A model generated the notes under the pieces. The model saw only the letters and a list, made by a program, of their open reading frames with translations, was not told where the DNA came from and searched no databases. A DNA stretch of 64,000 bases from a virus. Lineage: Duplodnaviria > Caudoviricetes. Location of the stretch: positions 1,949 to 65,948 of the IMG/VR virus record IMGVR_UViG_3300047509_000221; one strand, 5' to 3'. Below, piece by piece: positions 39,757 to 49,826 of the stretch (the first letter of the stretch is position 1; each line of letters begins with the position of its first letter). The position numbers and the translations under genes are program-made.

Positions 39757-41286
39757 GTGCAGGACGAGGCCAGAAGAATGATGGCCCTCTTCGAGGGCTA
39801 CGACGATGCTCACGGCACCCACGGGGACACCGTCCGCAATCCAGACAAGCACGACAAGCTGGAGATCAAGGGGACGGCGCGCACCATTCGCGAGCCGGTC
39901 ACCGAGGACCTCTGGGAGCAGCACCTCAGCGGCGAGCGGCCCATAGGCATAATCCCCATCCGTCGCGACAACACATGCCGCTGGGGCTGCATCGACGTGG
40001 ATCGCTACGACATCGACCACGGCGCAGTGGTCAAGAAACTCAATGAGGAGAGGCTGCCGCTCATGCTCTGCCGCACCAAGTCTGGCGGCGCGCACTTGTT
40101 TCTCTTCGTCACGTCCCCAGTGCCGGCAGCGGAGATCCAGGCCAAGCTGCGAGACCTCGCGGCGCACCTCGGCTTCGGCGGCTCGGAGATCTTCCCCAAG
40201 CAGACCCGCGTGCTCGTGGAGAGCGGAGACCTCGGCAACTGGCTCAACATGCCGTACTACCGAGGCGACGAGACCGACCGCTACTGCGTCAACGAGCAGG
40301 GCAGAGGCCTGACGCTGCGCCAGTTCCTGGCAAGGTCCGAGGCCGCCGCCGTCACGCCGGACGAGATGATCTCCCTGAGGGCCTCCTCGGGCGGTGGCGG
40401 AGAGTTCCGCGACGGGCCGCCCTGTCTTCAGCACCTCACGACCACGGGCTTCCCCGAGGGGACGCGCAACAACGGGCTGTTCGCCCTCGGCACGTTCCTC
40501 AAGAAGAAGCACCCAGACCGCTGGGAGCAGATGATCGAGGAGATGAACCAGAAGCACTTCTCCCCCCCGCTCCCGGCGACCGAGGTGCTGGGGATCGTGA
40601 AGAACCTCCGCACCAAGGACTACAAGTACAAGTGCTCCGACATGCCCCTCGCCAATCACTGCAACGCCGGTCTCTGCCGGACCCGAAAATTCGGTGTCGG
40701 GATGCGGGGGACGCTGCCGGTGATGGGTTCGCTGTCGGTTGTCCAGACGGACGAGCCGACGTGGTTCCTTGACGTGGGCGGCGAGCGGATAGAGCTGAGC
40801 ACCGACGAGCTCCAGCAGCCGAGCCGGTTCCAGCGCAAGTGCATGGAGGCCATCCACGTGGTGGTCCCGATCATGAAGAAGGAGACCTGGGACCAGACCA
40901 TCCAGGGGCTCATGGAGAACCTCACTGTGATCGAGGCACCCCCGGAGGTCTCGCTGCGGGGCCAGCTGTTCGAGCACATCGAGACGTTCTGCACCGACAG
41001 GCAGCAGGCCCAGACCAAGGAGGAGCTCATTCTCGGCAAGGCCTGGCACGACGAGACCGGGCGTGTCTACTTTCGCATCCGCGATATCCAGGAGTACCTG
41101 GAGAAGGTGAAGTTCCGGGGAATGACGCGCACCCAGATCACGAACCGCATCCGGGAGTGGAAGGGTGGGCAGCACTTCTTCAATATCAAGGGGCGCGGCA
41201 CCAACGTGTTCTGGCTGCCTGGCGAGCTGTTCGAGACCCAGGAGGAGGAGCACGAGCTGCCCCAGCTGGGCGAGGAGGTGATATAG
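39757..41286 (+). CDS. primase-polymerase (AEP-type) with PriCT-like domain
   Basis: WGCIDVD, TKSGGAHLF, GNWLNMPY, PPCL...EGTRNN. Confidence 0.8.
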   Translation: MQDEARRMMALFEGYDDAHGTHGDTVRNPDKHDKLEIKGTARTIREPVTEDLWEQHLSGERPIGIIPIRRDNTCRWGCIDVDRYDIDHGAVVKKLNEERLPLMLCRTKSGGAHLFLFVTSPVPAAEIQAKLRDLAAHLGFGGSEIFPKQTRVLVESGDLGNWLNMPYYRGDETDRYCVNEQGRGLTLRQFLARSEAAAVTPDEMISLRASSGGGGEFRDGPPCLQHLTTTGFPEGTRNNGLFALGTFLKKKHPDRWEQMIEEMNQKHFSPPLPATEVLGIVKNLRTKDYKYKCSDMPLANHCNAGLCRTRKFGVGMRGTLPVMGSLSVVQTDEPTWFLDVGGERIELSTDELQQPSRFQRKCMEAIHVVVPIMKKETWDQTIQGLMENLTVIEAPPEVSLRGQLFEHIETFCTDRQQAQTKEELILGKAWHDETGRVYFRIRDIQEYLEKVKFRGMTRTQITNRIREWKGGQHFFNIKGRGTNVFWLPGELFETQEEEHELPQLGEEVI

Positions 41287-41465
41287 TGTCACTGGCCAGA
41301 GACTGCGGGAACATCGTCTTCGAGTGTGACGACTGCAACGATGTTCTGGACACCGGGACAGAGAGCTTCCGAGAGGCCATCGAGAACATGCACGCCGAGG
41401 GCTGGACGGCCCACCGCATTGACGATGGTGTCTGGGAGCACAAGTGCAGGAGTTGCTCGTCGTGA
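41286..41465 (+). CDS. small zinc-finger protein
   Basis: FECDDC...GW...HKCRSC. Confidence 0.55.
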   Translation: MSLARDCGNIVFECDDCNDVLDTGTESFREAIENMHAEGWTAHRIDDGVWEHKCRSCSS

Positions 41466-41806
41466 GTCTCTGCGACACATGCCGACAGCCCGGTGCATGC
41501 TGCAGGGGTTTCTCCCTCAATAGGATCAGTGATGGTGATCACCTAACTCTCTGGGACGACGAGGACCCTCTCAAGGCGGTCCACCCGCACATAGAGAGCG
41601 AGGCCCCTTTCCACCCTGTGGAGAGGCTCGGGCAGTGGACGGACGCGGAGAGTGGCAGGACGTACAGTTCCTGGAAGTGGTCGTGCTCTGCACTGGGCGA
41701 GGACGGGCGCTGCACGATGTACGACAACCGACCCGACCTCTGCCGGAGGTACGAGGCAGGGAGCTCTCCGCTCTGCGTGATGTACGTGCCGCCAGATGAA
41801 TCCTGA
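41444..41806 (+). CDS. YkgJ-like Cys-cluster protein
   Basis: CDTC..PGACC...C.AL...GRCTMYDNRPDLCRRY. Confidence 0.7.
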   Translation: MQELLVVSLCDTCRQPGACCRGFSLNRISDGDHLTLWDDEDPLKAVHPHIESEAPFHPVERLGQWTDAESGRTYSSWKWSCSALGEDGRCTMYDNRPDLCRRYEAGSSPLCVMYVPPDES

Positions 41807-43319
41807 GATAGTCCTCGGCCCACCGGGGACGGGCAAGACGACGACGCTCCTCGGCATAGTGGAGGAGGAGCTGGCCCGAGGCACCGCGCCGGAGCACATC
41901 GGCTTCGTCAGCTTCACGCGCCGGGCGGCGCACGAGGCGCGCGACCGCGCCCGCGAGAAGTTCGGTCTGGACAAGGACCGCTTCACTTGGTTCCGGACAC
42001 TCCACTCCCTCTGCTTTCGGGCGCTGGGAATGACCTCTGGCGACGTGTTCGAGGGCGAGGCCGTGGTCGAGTTCGCGGACTGGATTGGCGTCAAGGTCAC
42101 GTCCAAGCGCAGCCGCAGGAGCGGCGAGTTCGGCGAGGAGGGCATGCTCTTCGGCAACGAGCGCGGCGACCGCATCCTCCAGATGGAGAACAAGGCCAGA
42201 ATACGCTCGATGGAGCTGCGCGCCCTCTACGACGAGGACGACGACGATCTCTCCTGGTGGGAGGTCGAGAGGGTGGCGAGAGGTCTGGCTGAGTTCAAGG
42301 CAGCCAGATCTCTCCACGACTACACCGACATGCTCCAGATATACGTGGACACCGGCTGGCGGCCCCCGCTCGAACTCCTGCTGGTCGACGAGGCCCAGGA
42401 CCTCTCCATGCTGCAGTGGCGCGTGGTCGAGAAGCTGGCCCAGGGATGCCGGCGAGTCGTCGTCGCGGGAGACGACGATCAGGCAATCTACAACTGGGCC
42501 GGGGCCGCCGTGGACTACTTCGTCGACCTGCCGGGACAGGTCCGCGTCCTGCACCAGAGCTGGCGTGTGCCCGGCAGCGTCCAGAGGATCGCCAACAACG
42601 TCATTGGGCAGGTACGCCACCGCCGCCCCAAGGAGTGGGCGGCACGGGCAGAGGACGGCACCGTCCGGCAGGTCGGCATGCGGGACATCGACTGGTCCCA
42701 GCCGGACATCCTAGTCCTGGGCCGCAACTCGCTGTTTCTGGAGGACGTGCGCCGAAACATCCACGCATCGGGCTACATGTATCAGCGCGGCGACCATCGC
42801 TCAATCAGCGACAAGACTCGGCGCATCCTCCTGGCCTGGGAGGGCCTGCGCAAGGGCAGGCCCCAGCTGGTGGAGGACATCGTCCGCGTCTACGAACTGA
42901 TGTCCTCGGGCGTGGGCGTGGCGCGCGGGTACAAGGAGCTCCGCACCTTCCAGCGTGACCAGCTGGTCACCATGCAGGACCTCGTCTCCCAGGGCGGCCT
43001 GCTGCGGACCGACGTCTGGCACGACGCTCTCGACAAGATGGCCGTCAGGGACCGCGAGTACATCCGCGCCTGCCTGCGACGGGGCGAGAAGATGTCTGAG
43101 CCCCCCCGCATACGGCTCAGCACCATACATGGTTCGAAGGGCGGGGAGGCCCGCGAGGTGGTCGTCCTGCCGGACATGGCACCGAGGACCCACAGGGAGG
43201 CTGACAGAGACCCGGACAGCGAGGCCCGTGTCTGGTACGTGGCGGCCACGCGAGCCATGGAAACGCTCACGGTGGTCCGGCCCATGACTGAGCGTCACTT
43301 TACATTTCGGCGATGGTAG
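41796..43319 (+). CDS. second UvrD-like superfamily 1 helicase
   Basis: GPPGTGKTT, VDEAQD, AGDDDQAIY, STIHGSKGGEA, YVAATRA. Confidence 0.92.
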   Translation: MNPEIVLGPPGTGKTTTLLGIVEEELARGTAPEHIGFVSFTRRAAHEARDRAREKFGLDKDRFTWFRTLHSLCFRALGMTSGDVFEGEAVVEFADWIGVKVTSKRSRRSGEFGEEGMLFGNERGDRILQMENKARIRSMELRALYDEDDDDLSWWEVERVARGLAEFKAARSLHDYTDMLQIYVDTGWRPPLELLLVDEAQDLSMLQWRVVEKLAQGCRRVVVAGDDDQAIYNWAGAAVDYFVDLPGQVRVLHQSWRVPGSVQRIANNVIGQVRHRRPKEWAARAEDGTVRQVGMRDIDWSQPDILVLGRNSLFLEDVRRNIHASGYMYQRGDHRSISDKTRRILLAWEGLRKGRPQLVEDIVRVYELMSSGVGVARGYKELRTFQRDQLVTMQDLVSQGGLLRTDVWHDALDKMAVRDREYIRACLRRGEKMSEPPRIRLSTIHGSKGGEAREVVVLPDMAPRTHREADRDPDSEARVWYVAATRAMETLTVVRPMTERHFTFRRW

Positions 43320-43327
43320 GGTACAAT
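43298..43327 (+). promoter_or_regulatory. sigma70-like phage promoter
   Basis: TTTACA-N17-TACAAT. Confidence 0.65.
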
Positions 43328-43365
43328 AGGGGCGCGTCCCGGATGGTCCGGGCGCATCGCCAGGA

Positions 43366-44073
43366 GTGCATCCGCCAATGCCAACCTGCGTGGCAGTGAC
43401 CTGTTGGGGATGGGGCGACGTCTGGGGTTTCGACTCCCCAGAGCAGGCCCGTCTCCACCCGCTGATTGACACGTGCGACGTCGTCCTGTCCTCTGCCGAG
43501 GAAGTCTATCCCGGGAACTGGAACTATCTGTTCCTGCCCAGGATGTGTGCCGAGGTGCTGGGCGACAGGGAGGCCTGCGAGCGACTCAAGGAGACAATCA
43601 GGGAGGCACCGGACGCCCGGACCCGCGACTCGCGTGTCCAGCTCGCCTGCGTGCAGATCTGGAACCGTCTCTGCGACGTCGCCAAGCAGCCTCCCTCGGA
43701 CCCCCGGAAGATCTGCGACATGATCGTCAGGGACAGACGGCGGACGGACGAGTGGCACAAGCGAGAAGAGAATAGGAGAAGTTCTGTCATGAATGCACAG
43801 ACCCAGACCGCCGACGCCGGCACCACCACCAAGGCCCCTCCCGCGCCGAAGAATATTGCCGGTCGCGCTCCGACGCAGAAGATCGCGTTCGGGAAGGACA
43901 AGGACGGCAAGCACTACGGGAAGGACAACAACCCGAAGCGCGCCAACTCCAAGTCGGCCGATCGCTTCAACCTCTACACTGCGGGAATGACCCTGCAGCA
44001 GGCGGTCGACAAGGGCTGCTCGGCGGCCGACATCAAGTGGGACCTCGAGCACGGCTACATCACTGCCAGCTGA
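43366..44073 (+). CDS. hypothetical protein with C-terminal NPK..RF.LY..GMT domain (paralogue 2); possible internal start at 43789
   Basis: NPKRANSKSADRFNLYTAGMT...DIKWDLEHGYI; AGGAG RBS before ATG 43789. Confidence 0.7.
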   Translation: MHPPMPTCVAVTCWGWGDVWGFDSPEQARLHPLIDTCDVVLSSAEEVYPGNWNYLFLPRMCAEVLGDREACERLKETIREAPDARTRDSRVQLACVQIWNRLCDVAKQPPSDPRKICDMIVRDRRRTDEWHKREENRRSSVMNAQTQTADAGTTTKAPPAPKNIAGRAPTQKIAFGKDKDGKHYGKDNNPKRANSKSADRFNLYTAGMTLQQAVDKGCSAADIKWDLEHGYITAS

Positions 44074-44177
44074 GTGAGCACACAACGAGGGGGCGCCGCG
44101 GACCGCGAGGCCCGCCGCCCTTTTCTTCGCAGTCCCGGCACCCTATGAGGGCGAGAGCCCGAGGAGACCGCCAACCC

Positions 44178-45068
44178 GTGCGCACCGCCGACTTCTTCAA
44201 CTTCGCGAGAGCGAGGCACCAGATTTATCTGGACCGGCAGGCCGGGCGGCCGGAGCCGTGGACGCTAGACCCCGTCCTGGCAACCTATCGCTTCACCAAT
44301 GTCTTCCGCGAGCTGGACCGCACGACCATCTGGTTCCGGGCCAATGTCAGGCAGTACCTGACGCACGCCCCCGGCTGGGGCCAACTACTGGGCACCATTC
44401 TCTTCCGGACATTCAACCGCATCGAGACAGCCGAGGTGATCTTTAACCAGGAGCGCCTCGGAGAGTACCGGCCCACAGGATGGGCCTATCTCGAGGAGGA
44501 CATCACAGCCCCCGAGCTCGAGGCATACATGCGTGCTCACTGTCCGGCACCGTGGGTGACCGGCTCCTACATCGTCAAGACCCCCGACGGCATGGACAAG
44601 CTGTGCGGAGCCCTCTGGATTGTCGAGGAGGCGAGGAAAAGAATTCCCGACACCTTGGCCAAGGCCCCGGCGCAGATGTCCCTGGAGTGGCTCCACAGAG
44701 CCCTGCAATCGTATCCCTTCATCGGGGGCTTCACGGGATACGAGATCGTCTCCGACCTGCGACACCTGCCTCTGCTGCTGCGGGCACCGGACACCATGAC
44801 ATGGGCCCACGCCGGGCCGGGCGCGGTCCGGGGCCTCAACCGGCTGCTCGGGGTGCCGGTCGGGGACAGCAGGCCGCAGGCCAGCTCCCTGCACCACATG
44901 CGAGCGCTCCTCGCCGCGTCGCGAGGCGACGGCCCTGACCACATTCGATACTGGCCCTTCGAGTGGCCAGCCTGGGAGATGCGCGAGGTCGAGCACACGC
45001 TGTGCGAGTTTGACAAGTATGAGCGCGCCCGGCTCGGCGAGGGCAGGCCACGCGGGAGGTTCAGGTGA
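44178..45068 (+). CDS. aGPT-Pplase-like DNA base-modification enzyme (HhH glycosylase fold)
   Basis: PWT.DPVL..YRFTNVFRELDRTT, LFRTFN, GPGAVRGL, EVEHTLCEFDKY. Confidence 0.85.
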   Translation: MRTADFFNFARARHQIYLDRQAGRPEPWTLDPVLATYRFTNVFRELDRTTIWFRANVRQYLTHAPGWGQLLGTILFRTFNRIETAEVIFNQERLGEYRPTGWAYLEEDITAPELEAYMRAHCPAPWVTGSYIVKTPDGMDKLCGALWIVEEARKRIPDTLAKAPAQMSLEWLHRALQSYPFIGGFTGYEIVSDLRHLPLLLRAPDTMTWAHAGPGAVRGLNRLLGVPVGDSRPQASSLHHMRALLAASRGDGPDHIRYWPFEWPAWEMREVEHTLCEFDKYERARLGEGRPRGRFR

Positions 45069-45259
45069 CAGTTCGCATCATTCTCGAGGGACCGCGCGCC
45101 TGTGGCAAGAGTTTCTTGGCAAGAGTCATCGCCAATTTTCTAAGGCGCAAGGGATACGATGTGAGTGTCCTGAGCAGTGTCACAGAGTATGACGTGCCCG
45201 AGGACGTCAAGGGTGTTGGAAAAGTGATCATCCAGGAGAGATGGGGGCCCTCGGAATGA
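45065..45259 (+). CDS. short P-loop NTP-binding protein (possible truncated kinase)
   Basis: IILEGPRACGKS; only 64 aa. Confidence 0.5.
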   Translation: MTVRIILEGPRACGKSFLARVIANFLRRKGYDVSVLSSVTEYDVPEDVKGVGKVIIQERWGPSE

Positions 45260-45723
45260 GACCCGTCCTCCTCGGAATGAACAACCCCGTGTCGCGAGAC
45301 CCGGCGCACGCACTGTACCCGTACCCGTCGACATGCACGGGTGCCAGGCTGCTGCGCTTCTCGGGCCTGGACAAGAGGACGTACCTGTCTGTCTTCGAGC
45401 GCCGCAACGTGCTCGACGGGCAGCAGTGGAGCACTCGCGCGGCGAGGGAGCGCGCCCCATCCCTGCGCGAGGAGCTCCGAGGCCGGACGGTTGTGATGCT
45501 CGGGGCACCGGTCAACTCCGTAATGAGGAGTGGGACGGAGCACGAGCTGGCTGGTCCGTTCGTCTGGACCCCAGACGGGCACAACGGATGGCTGGCTAAG
45601 GTGCCGCATCCGTCCGGCCTCAACCAGTTCTTCAACGACCCGCTGCACAGGGAGCTCCTAGCCATCTTCATGGCGGAGCTCGTGCACTGGTCACAGCAGC
45701 AGGAGATGCAGAATGCCGCCTGA
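45256..45723 (+). CDS. uracil-DNA-glycosylase-like protein
   Basis: LLGMNNP...TGARL...NVL...VVMLG...VPHPSGLNQFFN. Confidence 0.6.
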   Translation: MRPVLLGMNNPVSRDPAHALYPYPSTCTGARLLRFSGLDKRTYLSVFERRNVLDGQQWSTRAARERAPSLREELRGRTVVMLGAPVNSVMRSGTEHELAGPFVWTPDGHNGWLAKVPHPSGLNQFFNDPLHRELLAIFMAELVHWSQQQEMQNAA

Positions 45724-46438
45724 GAGCACGTCGGACGAGCGAACAGTCAACAACGTCATGCGCCACGAGTACCGAGTCCTGAGCGACGACGAGAAGCTGG
45801 CAATGCAGCGCGTCAAGGACGTGGGAATACTGTTTCATGAACTCATCGACAGTCTCGGCAGCTCGAGAGAGGTCTCGATTGCCAAGACCAAGACCGAGGA
45901 GGCCGTGATGTGGGCAGTGAAGCACATCACGTCAGACAACCCCCCTTCACTGAGGAGAACACTCGTGGACCTTTTTGACCGCATCGCCGCCGCCATCGCC
46001 GCCAAGAACAGCGGGGACAGCCCCGCGCTCGACGAGCATCTTGCAGCAATCGACGCACACCTCCAGAGCCTCGACAGCGACGACACCGCAGCCAAGGCCG
46101 CCGTCCTGACGCTGCAGGGAGACGACACCTCGTCCCAGGGACGCCTGACCGCAATTGAGGCAGGCCTCCAGAAGGTGGCCGACGCCGTCAACCCGCCGCC
46201 CCCACCTGCCGTGTCCGTCTCTCCGGCGGCCATCAGCAGTGCCGTCGGCGCTGGCATCACCGTCTCGCTCAGCGTCACTGGCGGCACGTCACCGTACAGC
46301 TTCAGCAGCTCGCTGGGCGACGTCTCGGTGGACTCCTCGGGCAACGTGAGCGGCACCCCTACCGCCGCCGAGACCGGACTGATCACCGTGACCGACTCCG
46401 GCGGTCTCACGGCCACTGTTCCCGTCACGATCTCGTAA
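45713..46438 (+). CDS. Acb2/Tad1-like cyclic-nucleotide sponge, in frame with a coiled-coil plus Ig-like domain
   Basis: YRVLSDDEKLAMQRVKDVG..F...REVSIAKTKTEEAVMWAVKHIT; second RBS plus in-frame GTG at 45965. Confidence 0.65.
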   Translation: MPPESTSDERTVNNVMRHEYRVLSDDEKLAMQRVKDVGILFHELIDSLGSSREVSIAKTKTEEAVMWAVKHITSDNPPSLRRTLVDLFDRIAAAIAAKNSGDSPALDEHLAAIDAHLQSLDSDDTAAKAAVLTLQGDDTSSQGRLTAIEAGLQKVADAVNPPPPPAVSVSPAAISSAVGAGITVSLSVTGGTSPYSFSSSLGDVSVDSSGNVSGTPTAAETGLITVTDSGGLTATVPVTIS

Positions 46439-46490
46439 GTCAAGGAGTAGGCCCGCGCGTCCGGTTGCCCCCGGCGCGCGGGTCTGACAC

Positions 46491-46916
46491 ATGCAGACCT
46501 TCCTCCCATACCCCAACTTCGCCAACTCGGCCATGGTGCTGGACAGGCAGCGCCTGAACCAGCAGGTCAACGAGGCCCGCCAGATACTCTCCGCGATGCA
46601 GAACGGGGGTGGCTGGCGCAACCATCCGGCCGTCCGGATGTGGCAGGGACACGAGGTGGCTCTCCGCTTCTACCACGACGTGATGCTCCGAGAGTGGTAC
46701 AGGCGAGGCTACGCCGGGGAACGGAGGCAGTTCTCCCCCGACCCCGCCAGTATTGTCATGCCGTCCTGGCTCGGGGACGAGCGGCTTCACGCCTCACACC
46801 GGGCCGCCCTTCTGGCCAAGGACCCGCTCCACTACAGAATGTTTGGCTGGGAGGAGGAGCCCGCCGTGGCCTACTACTGGCCCCAGCCCACGGGGCTAGT
46901 GCCCGCCGACGCCTGA
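46491..46916 (+). CDS. pyrimidine-dimer DNA glycosylase-like protein (MSMEG_6728-like)
   Basis: MQTFLPY...LDRQRL..Q..E..QIL...WRNHPAVRMW.G...SHR..LL.KDP..Y. Confidence 0.8.
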   Translation: MQTFLPYPNFANSAMVLDRQRLNQQVNEARQILSAMQNGGGWRNHPAVRMWQGHEVALRFYHDVMLREWYRRGYAGERRQFSPDPASIVMPSWLGDERLHASHRAALLAKDPLHYRMFGWEEEPAVAYYWPQPTGLVPADA

Positions 46917-46954
46917 GGATAGGGTGGTGACCGCCACCGAGGAGACATGCTGCC

Positions 46955-47776
46955 GTGCTACTGTACATCCCGTCCCACGCTCGCGCAACCCGAGACAACA
47001 TCAACATGGGTCCGTTTCCTCGCATCCCTAGGGTGCTCTGGCCACAGACCCACTTTGTGGTGCCGCACGGCCAGATGGAGGAGTACGACGCCGTCCTCAG
47101 GGGAATGGGATGGCCGACGTTCTCTGTGATCGAGACACCGCCCCACGTCCGGGGCATCGGGCCGACGCGGCACTGGATTGGTCTGGACGCCCTCTCGCGC
47201 GGTGAGGCTAAGTTCGTCATGATGGACGACGACATCGACTTCCTGGTGCGGCGGTCGCCGGAGGACTGGCGACTGACGGCCCAGAACCAGGGCGACGCCT
47301 GGCACATGTTCGAGGAGATTGAGCACTGGCTTGATCGGTATGCATCAGTTGGCATATCGTCACGCGAGGGCAACAACCGTGCCGGCGTCGGAGGCCCCCG
47401 CGACGAGAACATGGTGGCGGTCGCGACGCGCGTAATGCGCATGTTCGGCTGCCGGACGCTAGAGTGGCTCCAGATGGAGCATGGACGCGTCGAGGTGATG
47501 GAGGACTTCGACCTCCAGCTGCAACTCCTCCGCGCCGGTCACGGCAACTGCTGCCTCTTCTACTACGCCAATGGCCAGCGCATGACCAGCATGGCGGGGG
47601 GCTGCTCGACCTACCGGACCCACGATCTCCACGAGGCCAGCGCGCGGCGGCTGCAGGAGCTCCACGGCGAGCGTCTCGTCCGCCTGCGCGACAAGGTCAA
47701 CAAGACCGACCGCGAGGGCTTCGGCACCCGCAAGGAAGTCACCATCTACTGGAAGCGGGCGGCGGGGATGCGCTGA
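46955..47776 (+). CDS. GT-A fold glycosyltransferase (DNA-base glycosyltransferase-like)
   Basis: YIPSHAR, GIGPTRHWI, MMDDDI, MEDFDLQLQLL, GGCS. Confidence 0.75.
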   Translation: MLLYIPSHARATRDNINMGPFPRIPRVLWPQTHFVVPHGQMEEYDAVLRGMGWPTFSVIETPPHVRGIGPTRHWIGLDALSRGEAKFVMMDDDIDFLVRRSPEDWRLTAQNQGDAWHMFEEIEHWLDRYASVGISSREGNNRAGVGGPRDENMVAVATRVMRMFGCRTLEWLQMEHGRVEVMEDFDLQLQLLRAGHGNCCLFYYANGQRMTSMAGGCSTYRTHDLHEASARRLQELHGERLVRLRDKVNKTDREGFGTRKEVTIYWKRAAGMR

Positions 47777-48174
47777 TGGACGAGGACCAGATCAGGGAGC
47801 ACATCGGAGAGCAGGAGTGGCCGGACTGCCAGTGCTTTCGGCATCGTGGTGGGGACGTCTGCACCCGGCTCTACACCATGGCGACGGAGTACTCAATGTC
47901 CATGGCCCACGACGCGACTGAGGAGGGCTTCTGTCCCACGGCCATGCCACTGGTGGCGGCGCTGACTGTCGACATGCTCCTGACCCGCGTGGCCGCAGCA
48001 ATGACCCTCATCAGCAGGCCCGGAATAACCGAGGTGACGCCCGCGACCTCTGTAGAACTGTCGGCCCACAAGCGTGAGCTGCACCGCATGGTCGCTGAGC
48101 GACTGGCCTCGCTGGAGCGGCGCAGCGAGAGGGAGTGTATGCTCAATGCAGGAGGAAGCGCCAGTGTTCAGTAG
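47776..48174 (+). CDS. hypothetical protein
   Basis: Start overlaps the glycosyltransferase stop. Confidence 0.5.
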   Translation: MDEDQIREHIGEQEWPDCQCFRHRGGDVCTRLYTMATEYSMSMAHDATEEGFCPTAMPLVAALTVDMLLTRVAAAMTLISRPGITEVTPATSVELSAHKRELHRMVAERLASLERRSERECMLNAGGSASVQ

Positions 48175-49315
48175 TCTGCAGGTCCGCAATGTCCAGGAGG
48201 CCTACGTTCGGGGTCTCCAGCTGGTCCGCCGCGAGGGGCAGCTGGAGGAGACGCGCAACGGCCCGGCCCTGGTCATCCCGTGGCCAGTCGTCACGATCTA
48301 CGAGCGCCCGTACGAGCGCGTCCTACTGGACCCGGTCCGCGACGCCAACCCATTTTTCCACCTCATGGAGAGCATCTGGATGCTGGCCGGACGCGGTGAC
48401 GTGGCCAGTCTCGAGCCGTTCAACGCCGGGCTCAAGCGGTACTCCGACGACGGCCGAACATACCATGGAGCCTACGGCTGGCGCTGGCGCAACTGGTTTG
48501 AGGACATGAGCGAACACAGCTGCATGCATCAGGAGGACGGTCCCAACATAGACCAGCTGGCCGAGGTCATCGAGCTCCTGAGGGCCAATCCCGGCGACCG
48601 GCGCGTGGTCCTGCAGATGTGGGACCCGGTCAGCGACCTCGGGAAGCAGGGCCTGGACTTCCCGTGCAATACCCAGTGTCTCTTTCGCGTTCGGCGGAGA
48701 CCGGGCGGTGGGTGGAACATGGGAGTGAACGACCTGGACATGACGATCTTCAATCGCTCCAATGACGCCATCTGGGGAGCCTACGGCGCCAACGCCGTGC
48801 ACTTCAGCGTGCTGCAGGAGTTCGTGGCGGCGGCGATAGGCTGCTCCGTCGGCCACATGTACCAGTGGAGTAACAATCTGCACGCCTACTGCGAGACCCT
48901 GGACAAGGTCGGAGAGCCCCGGTTGTACACCCGTCGGGGACTGGGCCCAATGCCGCAGGACGCCTCAGGGCCTACCGTAGGTCTCACGATGTACGAGGAC
49001 CCCAGCTTCCGGGCCGACCCGCTCTTCAATCCCCACGAGGCGAAGAAGGTGCCAGCGGAAGAGCTCTTCCGACAGGTCGAGGCGTTCTGGGACGGCTCGG
49101 ACGAGGTGGGGCGGCCGGACGACCGACGCGACGTATTCTCCTCGCGCGGCATCAGCACACTGATCATGATGCGGCAGGCATACCGCAGCTTCAAGAGCAA
49201 GGACTACGCGAATGCGGACAGCTGTGCAGGAGAAGTCCTCCTCCTCGACTGGAGACGAGCCTGCGTCGAGTGGCTCGAGCGTCGCGCCACGGCAAGGGCG
49301 GCCCGTGACGCTTGA
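48164..49315 (+). CDS. thymidylate-synthase homologue (probable dUMP hydroxymethylase)
   Basis: RDANPFFH..E..WML.GR, YGWRWR, DQL, DFPCN, RSND..WG..GAN..HFS, NNLH.Y. Confidence 0.85.
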   Translation: MFSSLQVRNVQEAYVRGLQLVRREGQLEETRNGPALVIPWPVVTIYERPYERVLLDPVRDANPFFHLMESIWMLAGRGDVASLEPFNAGLKRYSDDGRTYHGAYGWRWRNWFEDMSEHSCMHQEDGPNIDQLAEVIELLRANPGDRRVVLQMWDPVSDLGKQGLDFPCNTQCLFRVRRRPGGGWNMGVNDLDMTIFNRSNDAIWGAYGANAVHFSVLQEFVAAAIGCSVGHMYQWSNNLHAYCETLDKVGEPRLYTRRGLGPMPQDASGPTVGLTMYEDPSFRADPLFNPHEAKKVPAEELFRQVEAFWDGSDEVGRPDDRRDVFSSRGISTLIMMRQAYRSFKSKDYANADSCAGEVLLLDWRRACVEWLERRATARAARDA

Positions 49316-49826
49316 CCCTGTCCGCTCGGACCCGCGCCGGGGCGGAGCGGTCAAGAGATACCACACGTGGCCCATCATCCAGTCGCAGACCGTGGCCGAG
49401 CACAGCTGGAATGTCGTCCGCATTCTCGTGTCCATCTGGCCAATGGCCCCCGTGACGGCCATCCTATTCGCCCAGTTCCACGACACGCCCGAGGTCGCGA
49501 CCGGCGACCCCCCGTACCCGATCAAGGCGGAGAACCCACTGCTCAAGTCGGAGCACGACAGGCTGGAGGTCGAGGCCGCCACGGCCATGGGCATTGCCGA
49601 TCACCTGCGCGTCGACGAGCACTGGCGCAGGCGCGTCAAACTGTGCGACGTCATCGAGATGTGGGAGTTCGGTCTCGACGAGATGATGCTCGGCAGCCAC
49701 TTTGCCGAGCCAATCGTAGGCAGAATGTGGGACCTGCACGCCGCACTCATGGAGCAGGCCCACTTCAGTGCATCGGAGCGCCAGAGGGTCGCCCGGTATC
49801 TCTGCACCCGCAGGAGGACACCATGA
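49305..49826 (+). CDS. HD-domain 5'-deoxynucleotidase (YfbR-like)
   Basis: VKRYHT...QTVAEHSW...HDTPE..TGD.P.PIK...KLCD. Confidence 0.85.
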   Translation: MTLDPVRSDPRRGGAVKRYHTWPIIQSQTVAEHSWNVVRILVSIWPMAPVTAILFAQFHDTPEVATGDPPYPIKAENPLLKSEHDRLEVEAATAMGIADHLRVDEHWRRRVKLCDVIEMWEFGLDEMMLGSHFAEPIVGRMWDLHAALMEQAHFSASERQRVARYLCTRRRTP

